A DNA stretch of 63,908 nucleotides, filler included, from Octopus bimaculoides (taxonomy: Eukaryota), in the NCBI RefSeq assembly GCF_001194135.2. It is 6 parts of 4 records of this genome, joined end to end, with 100 filler letters (N's around TTAATTAATTAA, not from the genome) between each part and the next. Parts side by side here need not be neighbours in the genome. Positions count along the whole stretch, not along the records: positions 36,780 to 55,039 come from NC_069006.1; 5 more parts are not named here. One strand, 5' to 3'. Shown piece by piece: positions 37,481 through 48,908 of the stretch. Every line of letters begins with the position of its first letter. The first letter of the stretch is position 1. Below the pieces are notes generated by a model. It saw only the letters and a list, made by a program, of their open reading frames with translations. It was not told the origin of the DNA and did no database searches. The position numbers and the translations under genes are program-made.

Positions 37481-37674
37481 GGAACTGTTTCTATATATAT
37501 ATATATATATAGATAAAAATAGCTGGTAGGGACACTGTATTTCGTTTTGCAGCCTATTCTGTTTTTTTCTGTCTTCAATTGCGTTCTTTAAAAAGATGCA
37601 TATGAAACTTCATAACTTTCAGTGATAGCTCTAGTTTCTATTGAAAATCAGTTGAGATAATCTTAAAGAATAGC

Positions 37675-37934
37675 CGTCTGTCTGTCTGTTTGTTTGTCCT
37701 TCTCTCTCTGTTTGTCTGTCTTTCTCTCTCTGTGTATCTATCTCTTTGTCTCTCTCTATCTGTTTCTCCCTCTCTATGTTTTTGTCTGTCTATCTGTCTC
37801 TTTGTCTCTCTCTTTCTCTCTCTCTGTCTCTTTGTCTATCTCTCTCTCTGTCTCTTTGTCTATCTCTCTCTCTCTCTCTGTCTCTTTGTCTATCTCTCTC
37901 TCTGTCTCTTTGTCTATCTCTCTCTGTGTCTCTT

Positions 37935-37968
<34 letters not shown>

Positions 37969-38120
37969 TCTATCTCTCTCTCTGTGTCTCTTTGTCTATC
38001 TCTCTCTCTCTGTCTCTTTATCTATCTCTCTCTCTGTCTCTCTCTCTGTCTCTCTCTCTGTCTCTTTGTCTCTCTGTTTCTCTGTCTGTCTGTCTATCTC
38101 TCTCTCTGTCTCTCTCTGTT
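37675..38120. repeat. Compound (CT)n-derived minisatellite
   Basis: Units like TCTCTCTCTGTCTCTTTGTCTA repeated with variable CT length. Confidence 0.9.
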
Positions 38121-38574
38121 TATATATATATGTATAACAGAAAATAGGTACAGACAAGCAAGCTACTCGTATTAGGTCAGATTATGACATCTATATTCAT
38201 ACAACATCTGAGTGAAATTGAATGTTACAAGGATTCAGATTACAAAAGATCAATGAAAGATTGAGAAGTGTTCACAATGCTTGTAATATATATTAGTATT
38301 CTCCTGGAACAGTTAAAAAGCTAAGCCCATATTATTATTGCGAGATAGTAAGTTTACCCTCTAGCATTCAGGTTATTCTGATTAATGTAATACAGTGATA
38401 CCTTGCAGTATGAGTTTAATTTGTTCTGTGACTGAGCTCGTCTTATGATTTACTTGTTTTACAAATTAATTTTCCCCATTGAAATTCATTAAATTATAAT
38501 TAATCATTTCCAACCCTCCAAAACCACTCAAAAGTAATATTCTATGAGTTTTAAAACAGAAAAGTTGTATGCCC

Positions 38575-38640
38575 ACATGCATATGGTGTAGTGGTTAAGA
38601 GCGCGGCTACCAAGATTCCGAGTTCAATTCCAGGCAGTGA

Positions 38641-38691
<51 letters not shown>

Positions 38692-38840
38692 TAACATTGA
38701 AAAATATCTTAGGAATGAGAACCCAGGTTTGAAATTTCCCCAAGACACCTGATGAAGCAAGGAGGGTATATCAGCTGAAATGTGTTAACAACGAGATGAG
38801 GATAAATATCCGTCAAATGTAAATAATGTACATAATGTAG
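38575..38840 (+). mobile_element. tRNA-headed element with (AAT)n spacer and hammerhead-like tail
   Basis: A box TGGTGTAGTGG (38584-38594), B box GTTCAATTC (38622-38630), (AAT)n 38645-38695, then a segment shared with 60795-60930. Confidence 0.7.
38744..38786 (+). ncRNA. Degenerate minimal type I hammerhead ribozyme motif
   Basis: GACAC-CTGATGA-AGC..GCT-GAAA-(3 nt missing versus the second copy)-TGTGTT. Intact CUGAUGA core, damaged helix III. Confidence 0.6.
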
Positions 38841-38884
38841 AAAAGGTGTAGTTACAAGTAAAATGACATTTATTAAAAAGAACA

Positions 38885-39130
38885 TCATCATCATCATCAT
38901 GTAATGTCCGCTTTCCATGCTAGCATGGGTTGGATGATTTGACTGGGGACTGGGGAAGCGGATAGCTACACCAGGCTCCAATCTGATCTGGCAGAGTTTC
39001 TCCAGCTGGATGCCCTTCTTAATGCCAACCACTCCGAGAGTGTAGTGGGTGCCTTTTACGTGCCACCGGCACGAGGGCCTGTCCAGCGGTACTGGCAATG
39101 GCCATGCTCAAATGGTGTTTTTAATGTGCC
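38885..39130 (-). mobile_element. RTE-type 3' tail repeat
   Basis: (TCA)n followed by CCGCTTTCCATGCTAGCATGGGTTGG...GTGCCACCGGCACG. Confidence 0.75.
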
Positions 39131-40368
39131 ACAGCTGAGAAAAATTAGACGACCTCTAACAAAAATTAATGTTACTTTCGTCAAACCATTATGGCAAGTT
39201 CTCAACTGATCTTATATGGGTCTCTTGTGCTCTAAACTCCTGAAGCATTTGATTCTACCCTCATGTTGTGTCACTGTTTAAATATATAAATGTCATAATC
39301 ATACCAGATATAAGATGCTTGCCTGTTTATACTTTTATTCTGTTATACATGTACCTGGTTGATTGAAATATTGCCTATAACCAATCCCTTATATATATAT
39401 ATATATATATATATAAAAGCTCTTTTTGAGCATTGGGCTTCAGAGGCAAGGAGCAAAACCATTTGGCATTATGCCAGGTTTTGAGACTTGGGCCTCATGG
39501 AGATAGTGACCGAGTCCATTTGGCATTATGCTGTTTGAGAAGACCCATCAAGCCAAGTAAAACCACAGTCATGGCAGATACCGGTGTCACGCAAATGGCA
39601 CCCATGCCAGTGGCACATAAAAGCACCCATTACACTCTCAGAGTGGTTGGCATTAGGAAGGGCATCCAGCCATAGAAACCATTGCCAAAACAAGACTGGA
39701 GTCTGGTGCAGCCTTCCAGTTTTCCAGCCATGGTCAAACCATTCAACCCACACCAGCATGGACAACAGACGTTAAACGATGATGATGATGATTTATATCA
39801 TGACCACTCTGGCAATTTCTGAACTGGTCTTTTATGGATCTCTTGTGCTCTTAATGCCTGAAGCATTTGATTCTACCCTCCAGTTGTGTCCACGTTTAAA
39901 AATTTAAATCTCGTAATCTAACCTGATACAAGTTGTCTCACTGTTTATACTTTTATTCTGTTATACACGTACCTGTTTGATTGAAATATTGCTTATGACC
40001 AATCTCTATTTACACAACGAGAATATGCTTGCATTCCAAGTTGCACTTCAGTTTGCATTTTAATCTGGAAATCAACCTCAGCACTGATTACATTACCTGT
40101 TATTAGTATCTTACATCAGATGTAATCAGACCTGGATTAGATATTTATCTTAGATTTGCCTTTATTTGTTTCAGTTGCTGAAATGCAGTCATGCTGGAGC
40201 AACTCCTTCTAAGTCTAATGAATTGCCCCTGGTACTTTTTTTTAAAAAAAAAATCTTTTTATAGCCTGGTACTTATCGTTATCAGTGCCTTTTCCTAAAC
40301 TGCCAAGTTATGGAGAATGTAAACATACCAACACCAGTTGTCAAGCAGTAGATGTGGGGAGAAACACA

Positions 40369-40403
<35 letters not shown>

Positions 40404-40543
40404 ATTTGTTAGAAACTGAAAGAAGCCCATCGCGTGCACACGTGTGTGTGTGTTTGTCCCTCACCATCCCTTGACAACTGGTGTTGGTTTGTTCACATCC
40501 CCATAACTTAACAGTTCAGCAAAGGAGACTGATGAAAAAAGTA

Positions 40544-41803
40544 TTAGGTTGTCAAAGTTCTTGTAGTTTTTACCCTTTAAATTCAGATGCACATATCTCG
40601 GCTCAAACAAAACTTTATTAATCGAAACAAACACCATCAGAATCAACACACTTTTGCCAACGCGAAACAAGTTTATTTATGCCGGTAGCGTAAAATCCTG
40701 CGTTCTGGGGGTGATAAAGTTGTTGAAGGTGTGTTTGGCAACGTCTTGGTTTTTGAAGCGTTTTTCACGCAAGAAGTTGTTGAGATGCTTGAAAAAGTGG
40801 TAGTTGGTAGGCGAGAGGTCTGGTGAGTATGGCGGATGAGGCAGAGTTTCGTAGCCCACTTCGTTCAACTTCTGCAGGGTCAGTTCTGCGATGTGCAGCC
40901 AAACGTTGTCATGGAGAAGAATTGGTCCTTTCCTATTGACCAATGCTGGCTTTGTGGTCGGAGTTTCTTATGCATTTCATCCATTTGCTGACAGTACTTC
41001 TCTGCCGTAATGGTTTCGCCTGGATCCAAAAAGCTGTGATGGATGAGACAGGCCACAGACCACCAAACAGTCACCATGACCTTCTTTTGGTGCAGCTTTG
41101 GCTTCGGGAAGGGCTGTAGAGCTTTGTCAGTGTCAACCACTGAGCTGAGTGTCGCCAGCTGTCACAAAGAATCCATTTTTTGTCACAAGTCACAATCTGG
41201 TCAAGAAATAGGTTGTTCTTGTTGCGTAAAAGAAGGGAAGATGACACTTCAAAACAGCGTATTTTTTTGGTTGTCGTTCAATTCGTGCAGCACCCATTTC
41301 TCAAGTATTTTTGTTTTTCCAATCTCTTTCATGTGGTTGGAAATTCTTGTATACGTTACATCTAATTCAGAAGCAAGCTCTCGAACAATTGTGCATGGAT
41401 TGGCTTCGACTAAGGCCCTTATTTGATCATTGTCAACATCCAATGGCTGACCACTATGCTTATCATCTTCAAGACTCCTGTCACTGCTACGAAATTTCTT
41501 GAACCACCATTGTGCTGTACGTTCATAAGTGGTTCCTAGGCCAAATGCATCGTTGATATTGTGAGCTGTTTCAGCAGCTTTTCAGCCTAACTTGAACTGG
41601 AATAAGAAAATTGTGCAAATTTGCTTTTTGTCCATGTTGTATTGAACGTTCCGAAAAAGAAAAAGAGTAACACGATTAGATAGAGCAAAAAATAGGCTTT
41701 AAAATTATATATTAAGTCAAAGTAATTTCACGAAAATTAATTTGAAAATACATCATTTAAAACCAAAATTAAAAATTCTGGAAGAACTTTCTTGACAACC
41801 TAA
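40544..41803 (-). mobile_element. Full-length mariner (Hsmar1/cecropia-like) DNA transposon nested in SINE family A
   Basis: TIRs TTAGGTTGTCAA..AAGTTCTT at both ends, TA duplication (40542-40543, 41804-41805). Flanks rejoin as the SINE A sequence AAGTA|CCAGGCTT. Confidence 0.93.
40618..41635 (-). pseudogene. Mariner transposase, disrupted
   Basis: MDKKQI..FKLG; WVLHEL; VTCDKKWI; HQKKVMVTVWWS; LLHDN; HPPYSPDLSPTNYHFF; RWQKCVDSDGVCFD*. Internal stop and frameshifts. Confidence 0.93.
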
Positions 41804-42879
41804 TACCAGGCTTAGAAAAACAAAATACCTAAGTGTGGGGGTCAATTTGTTTGACTAAAATTTTCTTGAAGCAGTGCCCCAGCATGGCCACTATCCAGTG
41901 ACTGAAGCAAGTAAAAGATAAAAGGCGCTGTATGTTATAACTACTTGTGTCTAAGACAGTAAAGAGCTTGGGGAATGGTGGTTAAAGTGGGGGTTTCATG
42001 GTGTGTGTGCTTGCATGCATGCGTACGTGTGTGTGTGTGTGTGTAATTCTAATGGGATTGGGTGTAACTTTTGTAAAACTTAAGCTGGTAGATATAGTTT
42101 TGATAAGATTATTAAGATCTTGACCACTGTCCAGTGGCTTGAATTTGTAAAGAGTAGGAGGGATGGTGTTGAGAATGAAGGAGAAAAGGGAAGGAGGAGG
42201 GTAAGAATGAAGAGAGAGAGAGAGAGATTGTGAGGAAGAGAAAGTGAAAGAAAGAGGGAGACAGAAAGATAGTGTTGAGAGAGAGAGAGACAGTGAGGTA
42301 CAGTGTTGAGAGAGAGGTAGAGATTGAGGGATTAAGTGTGGAGAGAAAAAACAGACAGTTAGTGTGAAAAGGAGAAAGGGAAGGATAGTGTTGAGAGAGA
42401 GAGGGAGAGAGAAAGAGAGCCTCAGTGTTGGGGAGGAGACAGACAGACAAGTTCATTGCTAAGAGACGCCGACAGAAGGAAGAACAGTGTTGAGAGGGAG
42501 GGAGAGAGAGAGAGAGAGATCAGTGACACAGTTATAATAGAGACTGAAAATAGTTAAAACTTAGGAATAATAAATAAATAAATAAAGAAGAAAATAATAA
42601 AAACAAAACTTTTCCTTTTTTAAAAAATTTATTTTTTACTTTTGTTTTTCTTTGTTGTTGTCATTTGATGACATTCTTTCGAGAAACTCTATTTGGCTGC
42701 ACATAATAAAAGGCTATATTTATAGTTTTGTAAAAACCTTGACACTTAGCATTTAAAAAAAAAACAAAAGGCAAAACAGACAACAGGAACTAAAAACAAT
42801 TCCCTAATGCACTGCCAAAGTGTGTATGTATGTTTATAAACATTGTGCGTATATATATATATATATTATATATCTTTTA

Positions 42880-43079
42880 CTCTTTTACTTGTTTCAGTCA
42901 TTTGACTGCGGCCATGCTGGAGCACCGCCTTTCGTTGAGCAAATCGCCCTCAGAACTTATTCTTTGGATGCCTAGTACTTATTCTATCATTGCTTTTGCC
43001 GAATCGCTAAGTTACGGGGACCTAAACACACCAGCATCGGTTGTCAAGCGATGTTGGGGGAACAGACACACAAACATAT

Positions 43080-43112
<33 letters not shown>

Positions 43113-43150
43113 CATATATACGACAGGCTTTTTTCAGTTTCCGTCTACAA
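42880..43150 (-). mobile_element. tRNA-derived SINE family A, 3' half
   Basis: CTCTTTTACTTGTTTCAGTCATTTGACTGCGGCCATGCTGGAGCACCGCC, the reverse complement of the family A tail. Confidence 0.8.
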
Positions 43151-45410
43151 CTTACAAGGAAACTGCACCTTTAGATATATATATACATATATATATATAT
43201 ATAGCAATAAGAAAATAGAGTGGAATATGAGATACTCATCAACTTGCAGACACTGTACTCTGTTGATTAATCTGTTTATTTTATAACCAAAATGACAATA
43301 AAGATATGCACTTGGTATAACACTAGTGTAACAATAATTGGGTACCCTCCCAGCAGTATATTGGATAGATATTATCCCTTAGTGGGTTGGATCCTCAACC
43401 CCTAACTCTCTTGGATTATATATATATATATATATATATATCTGTAAAAATATGTGACACTTATTCAGTAGCTATGATAAAACTCTGAGTTTCGGATGCC
43501 GGGGTGGGAGCCCNNNNNNNNNNNNNNNNNNNNNNNNNNNNNNNNNNNNNNNNNNNNNNNNNNNNNNNNNNNNNNNNNNNNNNNNNNNNNNNNNNNNNNN
43601 NNNNNNNNNNNNNNNNNNNNNNNNNNNNNNNNNNNNNNNNNNNNNNNNNNNNNNNNNNNNNNNNNNNNNNNNNNNNNNNNNNNNNNNNNNNNNNNNNNNN
43701 NNNNNNNNNNNNNNNNNNNNNNNNNNNNNNNNNNNNNNNNNNNNNNNNNNNNNNNNNNNNNNNNNNNNNNNNNNNNNNNNNNNNNNNNNNNNNNNNNNNN
43801 NNNNNNNNNNNNNNNNNNNNNNNNNNNNNNNNNNNNNNNNNNNNNNNNNNNNNNNNNNNNNNNNNNNNNNNNNNNNNNNNNNNNNNNNNNNNNNNNNNNN
43901 NNNNNNNNNNNNNNNNNNNNNNNNNNNNNNNNNNNNNNNNNNNNNNNNNNNNNNNNNNNNNNNNNNNNNNNNNNNNNNNNNNNNNNNNNNNNNNNNNNNN
44001 NNNNNNNNNNNNNNNNNNNNNNNNNNNNNNNNNNNNNNNNNNNNNNNNNNNNNNNNNNNNNNNNNNNNNNNNNNNNNNNNNNNNNNNNNNNNNNNNNNNN
44101 NNNNNNNNNNNNNNNNNNNNNNNNNNNNNNNNNNNNNNNNNNNNNNNNNNNNNNNNNNNNNNNNNNNNNNNNNNNNNNNNNNNNNNNNNNNNNNNNNNNN
44201 NNNNNNNNNNNNNNNNNNNNNNNNNNNNNNNNNNNNNNNNNNNNNNNNNNNNNNNNNNNNNNNNNNNNNNNNNNNNNNNNNNNNNNNNNNNNNNNNNNNN
44301 NNNNNNNNNNNNNNNNNNNNNNNNNNNNNNNNNNNNNNNNNNNNNNNNNNNNNNNNNNNNNNNNNNNNNNNNNNNNNNNNNNNNNNNNNNNNNNNNNNNN
44401 NNNNNNNNNNNNNNNNNNNNNNNNNNNNNNNNNNNNNNNNNNNNNNNNNNNNNNNNNNNNNNNNNNNNNNNNNNNNNNNNNNNNNNNNNNNNNNNNNNNN
44501 NNNNNNNNNNNTATATATACTGGAGTAAACACATAAATGTGAAACAAGGTGGAAAAAAAAGGCGGATGATTTTTCTGTTTTTTTTTCACTTAATTTCTGA
44601 GAGTGGTTGGGTTCATTTTGAGTATTCTCATTTGTGTGAGCAGTCGAGTTTATTTCAGATATTCTCATTTTAAAAATCATCTCCAACTAATCGTTCAGTG
44701 GACGTTGGTGTTACCCCAGATTTGTACTCTCTGAGTGCTCTTATTATTACTACTATTGCTATTACTGCGGAAGAGGTAGACCCATGGGATGAGGTGGTGA
44801 AGTATCTTTTGGCTGCTGAGCCTCATAGAGGCAAAGACAACTAACCTACACTACTGGCAGTTGGGTGCACTGAAGAAAACACGTCAGACTAAGTTTATTG
44901 TGGTCACTGCCGATGCCAGTCACATATATGATGGCACTCGAGCCAGTGACATGGGAAGGTTGTCCAGTACACTCTGTAAAATGGTTGGTGTTAGGAAGGG
45001 CAACCAGCCATGGAAACCAAGCCAAAATAGATGACTGGAGCCTGGGGCAGCTCTCCAGCCTTGTCGGCCCAGTCAAACCATCTAGCCCATGCCAGCATGG
45101 ATGATGATGATGATAGTTTCAGTTATTGAATTCTGGTGTTGTTGGTTCCGGGTTTCCAACAGACCAATCCCTTGTTCCTTTGTGTTTATGCGGATGACAA
45201 TAACAAGAGAGCCTCTATGGAACTCTATAGACTTTGCTCAAAGAATCCTTTTATCTCCTTCTGCACTCAATGTTTCACACAAACACACACACACATACAC
45301 ATACACACCCACATACACATGCATGCACCTATGCACACACATGCACACAGACGTGTTTATACATACATTCACATGCCTGTATACAAACACATATACATAC
45401 AACATATGTA

Positions 45411-45447
<37 letters not shown>

Positions 45448-45753
45448 ACATACATACATACATACATATATATAGTTGAAATTTACAGAAAAACAAGACG
45501 AAGACAGGTGTATGAACAATAAGCAGGTGTATTTGTTTGACACTTGGGAAAGTGAAAAAGTCTTTTACGTTTTACCCCTACGACTCGCGTGCACACACAC
45601 ACACATATATATATATACATACACATACTTTGGGTATGGTAGATGAATTCATCAAAAATATAGATTCAGATGAATATGGTACTTAGTTTGAGGCACCAGA
45701 ATTTAGTACAGTATTATCCATACAATTTCAAAGTAAGGTAATTAAAATCAAAA

Positions 45754-45932
45754 TAAGCAACAAGGATATCCAGAGGTAATGCAGTACGATCGTTTCATGC
45801 AACTCTATTTAATTGAACAATGCAATCATTACATCAATTTACATCAAATTGATGTAATGATTGCATTGTTCAGTTAAATGGAGTTGCATGAAACGATCAT
45901 ATTGCATTACCTCTGGATATCCTTGTTGCTTA
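45754..45932. repeat. 87 bp-arm inverted repeat with 5 nt loop
   Basis: 45754-45840 versus 45846-45932, four transition mismatches. Confidence 0.95.
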
Positions 45933-47269
45933 TATATATATATATATNNNNNNNNNNNNNNNNNNNNNNNNNNNNNNNNNNNNNNNNNNNNNNNNNNNNN
46001 NNNNNNNNNNNNNNNNNNNNNNNNNNNNNNNNNNNNNNNNNNNNNNNNNNNNNNNNNNNNNNNNNNNNNNNNNNNNNNNNNNNNNNNNNNNNNNNNNNNN
46101 NNNNNNNNNNNNNNNNNNNNNNNNNNNNNNNNNNNNNNNNNNNNNNNNNNNNNNNNNNNNNNNNNNNNNNNNNNNNNNNNNNNNNNNNNNNNNNNNNNNN
46201 NNNNNNNNNNNNNNNNNNNNNNNNNNNNNNNNNNNNNNNNNNNNNNNNNNNNNNNNNNNNNNNNNNNNNNNNNNNNNNNNNNNNNNNNNNNNNNNNNNNN
46301 NNNNNNNNNNNNNNNNNNNNNNNNNNNNNNNNNNNNNNNNNNNNNNNNNNNNNNNNNNNNNNNNNNNNNNNNNNNNNNNNNNNNNNNNNNNNNNNNNNNN
46401 NNNNNNNNNNNNNNNNNNGTGGTGGTGGTGGTGTGTTAATCGGTGGAGTTGATCTCTTTTCTTTCTTATCTCTTCTATATTTTACGCAGCATAGTTTGTG
46501 TGTGTGGGCACTATACTTTTCTAGGTCGTGTCAGTGCCTGGTGGATAAGGTCAACTGCTGCACTACATTGCAGGAAAGGCCTATCCTTTGATATGGCAAC
46601 ACATTCAGGTTACTGTAGCAGACATGACACTGTACTCAAAGATCCTTAAGTATTGTTTGATCTTAGCAATTGTGAAAGCTTTATTTATAAATCATTTATG
46701 AATATACAGGTGTTGTGTGGTTTTGTTGCTGGGGACAATGTTGAAATATTCTATCATATTCAAAATATACTGAAAAAAAGGGTAAAGATTATTTAATAAA
46801 ATAATTTTGCCATTATTTAGCTGATGTCCGGAATGGAAATTAACGTGAAATGTTGATGGAAGGTTTATTTAAAATTAGCTCACTTTAATCTTTTTGTTGC
46901 TGTATTTCTGTTCAAATAAACTGACTTTCTTCCTATTAATTTTGAAAATAATGAAGTTACTAACATAACTGTGTGTTTATTAATCTGGTGTTTCGAACAC
47001 AGATTAACATGGGATTTTGATGGGAAGTTTTAATTCAAATTACTTCAACCCTTTTGTTACCATTATTTCTGTTGAAATTCACTTCCTCTGTTTCAATTAA
47101 TTTTGAAGTTAACAAAGAATATAGTAAAATAATTTTGTCATTATAAAGCTGATGTTTGGGACATAAAATAAATATGGAATTTTGACGGAAGGTTTTGGGA
47201 CCATTTTAACCCTTCTCTTACCATATTTCTGCCTTTGTTTCAATTAATTTGGGGCAAATGAATTCAAAA

Positions 47270-47730
47270 TTGTGTTGGCACCTGTACCAGTGGCGCGCTA
47301 AAAGCACTGTCCGAGCCTGATCATTGCCAGAGCAGCTGTCTAGCTTCCATGCCAGTGGCACGTAAATAGCACCGTTTGAGCGTGATCGTTACCAGCGTCG
47401 CCTTACTGGCACTTGTGCCAGTGACACGTGAAAAAACATTTGAGTGAGATCGTTGCCAGTGCCACTGGACTGGCTCCTGTGCAGGTGGCACGTAAAATAC
47501 ACCATTTTGAGCGTGGCCGTTGCCAGTGCCGCCTGACTGGCCTTCGTGCTGGTGGCACGTAAAAGCACCCACTACACTCTCAGAGTGGTTGGCGTTAGGA
47601 AAGGGCATCCAGCTGTAGAAACTCTGCCAAATCAAATTGGAGCCTGGTGTAGCCATCTGGTTTGTCAGTCCTCAGTCAAATCATCCAACCCATGCTAGCA
47701 TGGAAAGCGAACGTTAAATGATGATGAAGA
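47270..47730 (+). mobile_element. RTE-type tail repeat with ~65 bp internal tandem units
   Basis: GTGGCACGTAAAAGCAC-like motif starts near 47290, 47354, 47420, 47484 and 47551. Ends GTTAAATGATGATGA. Confidence 0.8.
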
Positions 47731-47744
47731 ACTGTTTTTACTAA

Positions 47745-47964
47745 CCCTTTAGCATTTAAACTGGCCATCTCCAGCCCAAATATTCTACCTGTTTTATGCT
47801 AAAACTGGCCATATCTGGCCTCTCACTCCTAAACTACAATGTCATTCTAACAATAAACAATCACATCATTGAAAGCTCAAAGCTATGAGATAGTGAAGGA
47901 TTAATTAAAAGCAATGTGAATAAAAATGCATTACACTAGATGAAGTAATCTGAAAGCTAAAGGT
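47745..47964. mobile_element. piggyBac-type MITE, family 1
   Basis: CTAA|CCCTTTAGCATT...GCTAAAGGT|TTAA. Confidence 0.75.
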
Positions 47965-48870
47965 TTAAGCTTGGGTTTGGAGCATAAAATAACAAGTTTT
48001 GATGGATGAGATTGTAGCTGTGTCCATTTAAAAGTACCCTTTAATTGTCGGGCAATATGTTGTGCTTCAGAAGACGTGTTGAGTCAGATGAAATCGTGGT
48101 TGTGGCTGATGCCAGTGTCACCTAACTGGCATCCATGCCGGTGGCACATAAAAAGCACCATTTGAGTGGTCGATGCCAGTGCCACCTGACTGGCTCCCAT
48201 GCTGGTGGCACATAAAAAGCACCCACTACACTCTCGCAGTGGTTGGCAATAGGAAGGGCATCCAGCTGTAGAAACCTTGCCAGAACAGAGTGGAGCCTGG
48301 TGCAGCCTCCTGGCTTGTCAATCCTCAAACCATCCAACCCATGCCAGCATGGAAAGTGGACGTTAAATGATGATGATGATAAAGAAGGCATTTGGCTTAA
48401 TGGTTAGTGTGCTACACTCACAATGGCAGGATCATGGTTTCAGTTCCTGGCCTAGGCAGTGCGTTGTGTTCTTGAGCAAAACACTTCATTTCACATTGTC
48501 ACAGCTGAGTGGACTGGGCCAGACTGCTGGCATCCCATTCAGAGTAACTATCCCACTGCATCCTTGGAATCATCATCATCATCGTTTAACGTCCACTTTC
48601 CATGCTGGCATGGGTTGGACTGAAGACACTAATGTCCAGGAGACATTTTCTTTTTTTTTTTTCCTACTTTGATATTTGATGGAAGTTTTTAAAATTTAGT
48701 TCACTTTAAAATAGGGAGGTTTGTATCCTAGAAACAAGGCCAGTGCCAGGAAGGCTGGTATCAAAAGGGTGAAGGATGCTTTTGAGATTCTTGTTAATAG
48801 AAATGACATATCCTATGCAGTCATGTGAGTGACACTCGTGTATCAAAGGTTAGCTGTGACTAAAGAGTGA

Positions 48871-48908
<38 letters not shown>

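Noticed and set aside
37690-38175. Leu/Ser-rich ORFs up to 161 aa
   Set aside because: Translations of a CT-rich microsatellite. The same applies to the HT/CV/IY-rich ORFs elsewhere.
38575-38640. tRNA gene (also heads at 52358, 59708, 63588, 20872)
   Set aside because: A and B boxes are present but there is no complete cloverleaf or acceptor stem, and each continues into a repeat body. These are SINE heads.
42150-42520. Purine-rich strand-asymmetric tract as a functional triplex element
   Set aside because: Degenerate GA microsatellite, typical of this genome's background.
43461-44686. Long ORFs of 346-404 aa (also 45861-46591, 49912-50762, 53337-53846)
   Set aside because: They consist of translated N gaps.
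47270-47570. CRISPR-like repeat-spacer array
   Set aside because: Eukaryotic context, the inter-motif segments are homologous to each other rather than unique spacers, and there are no cas genes.
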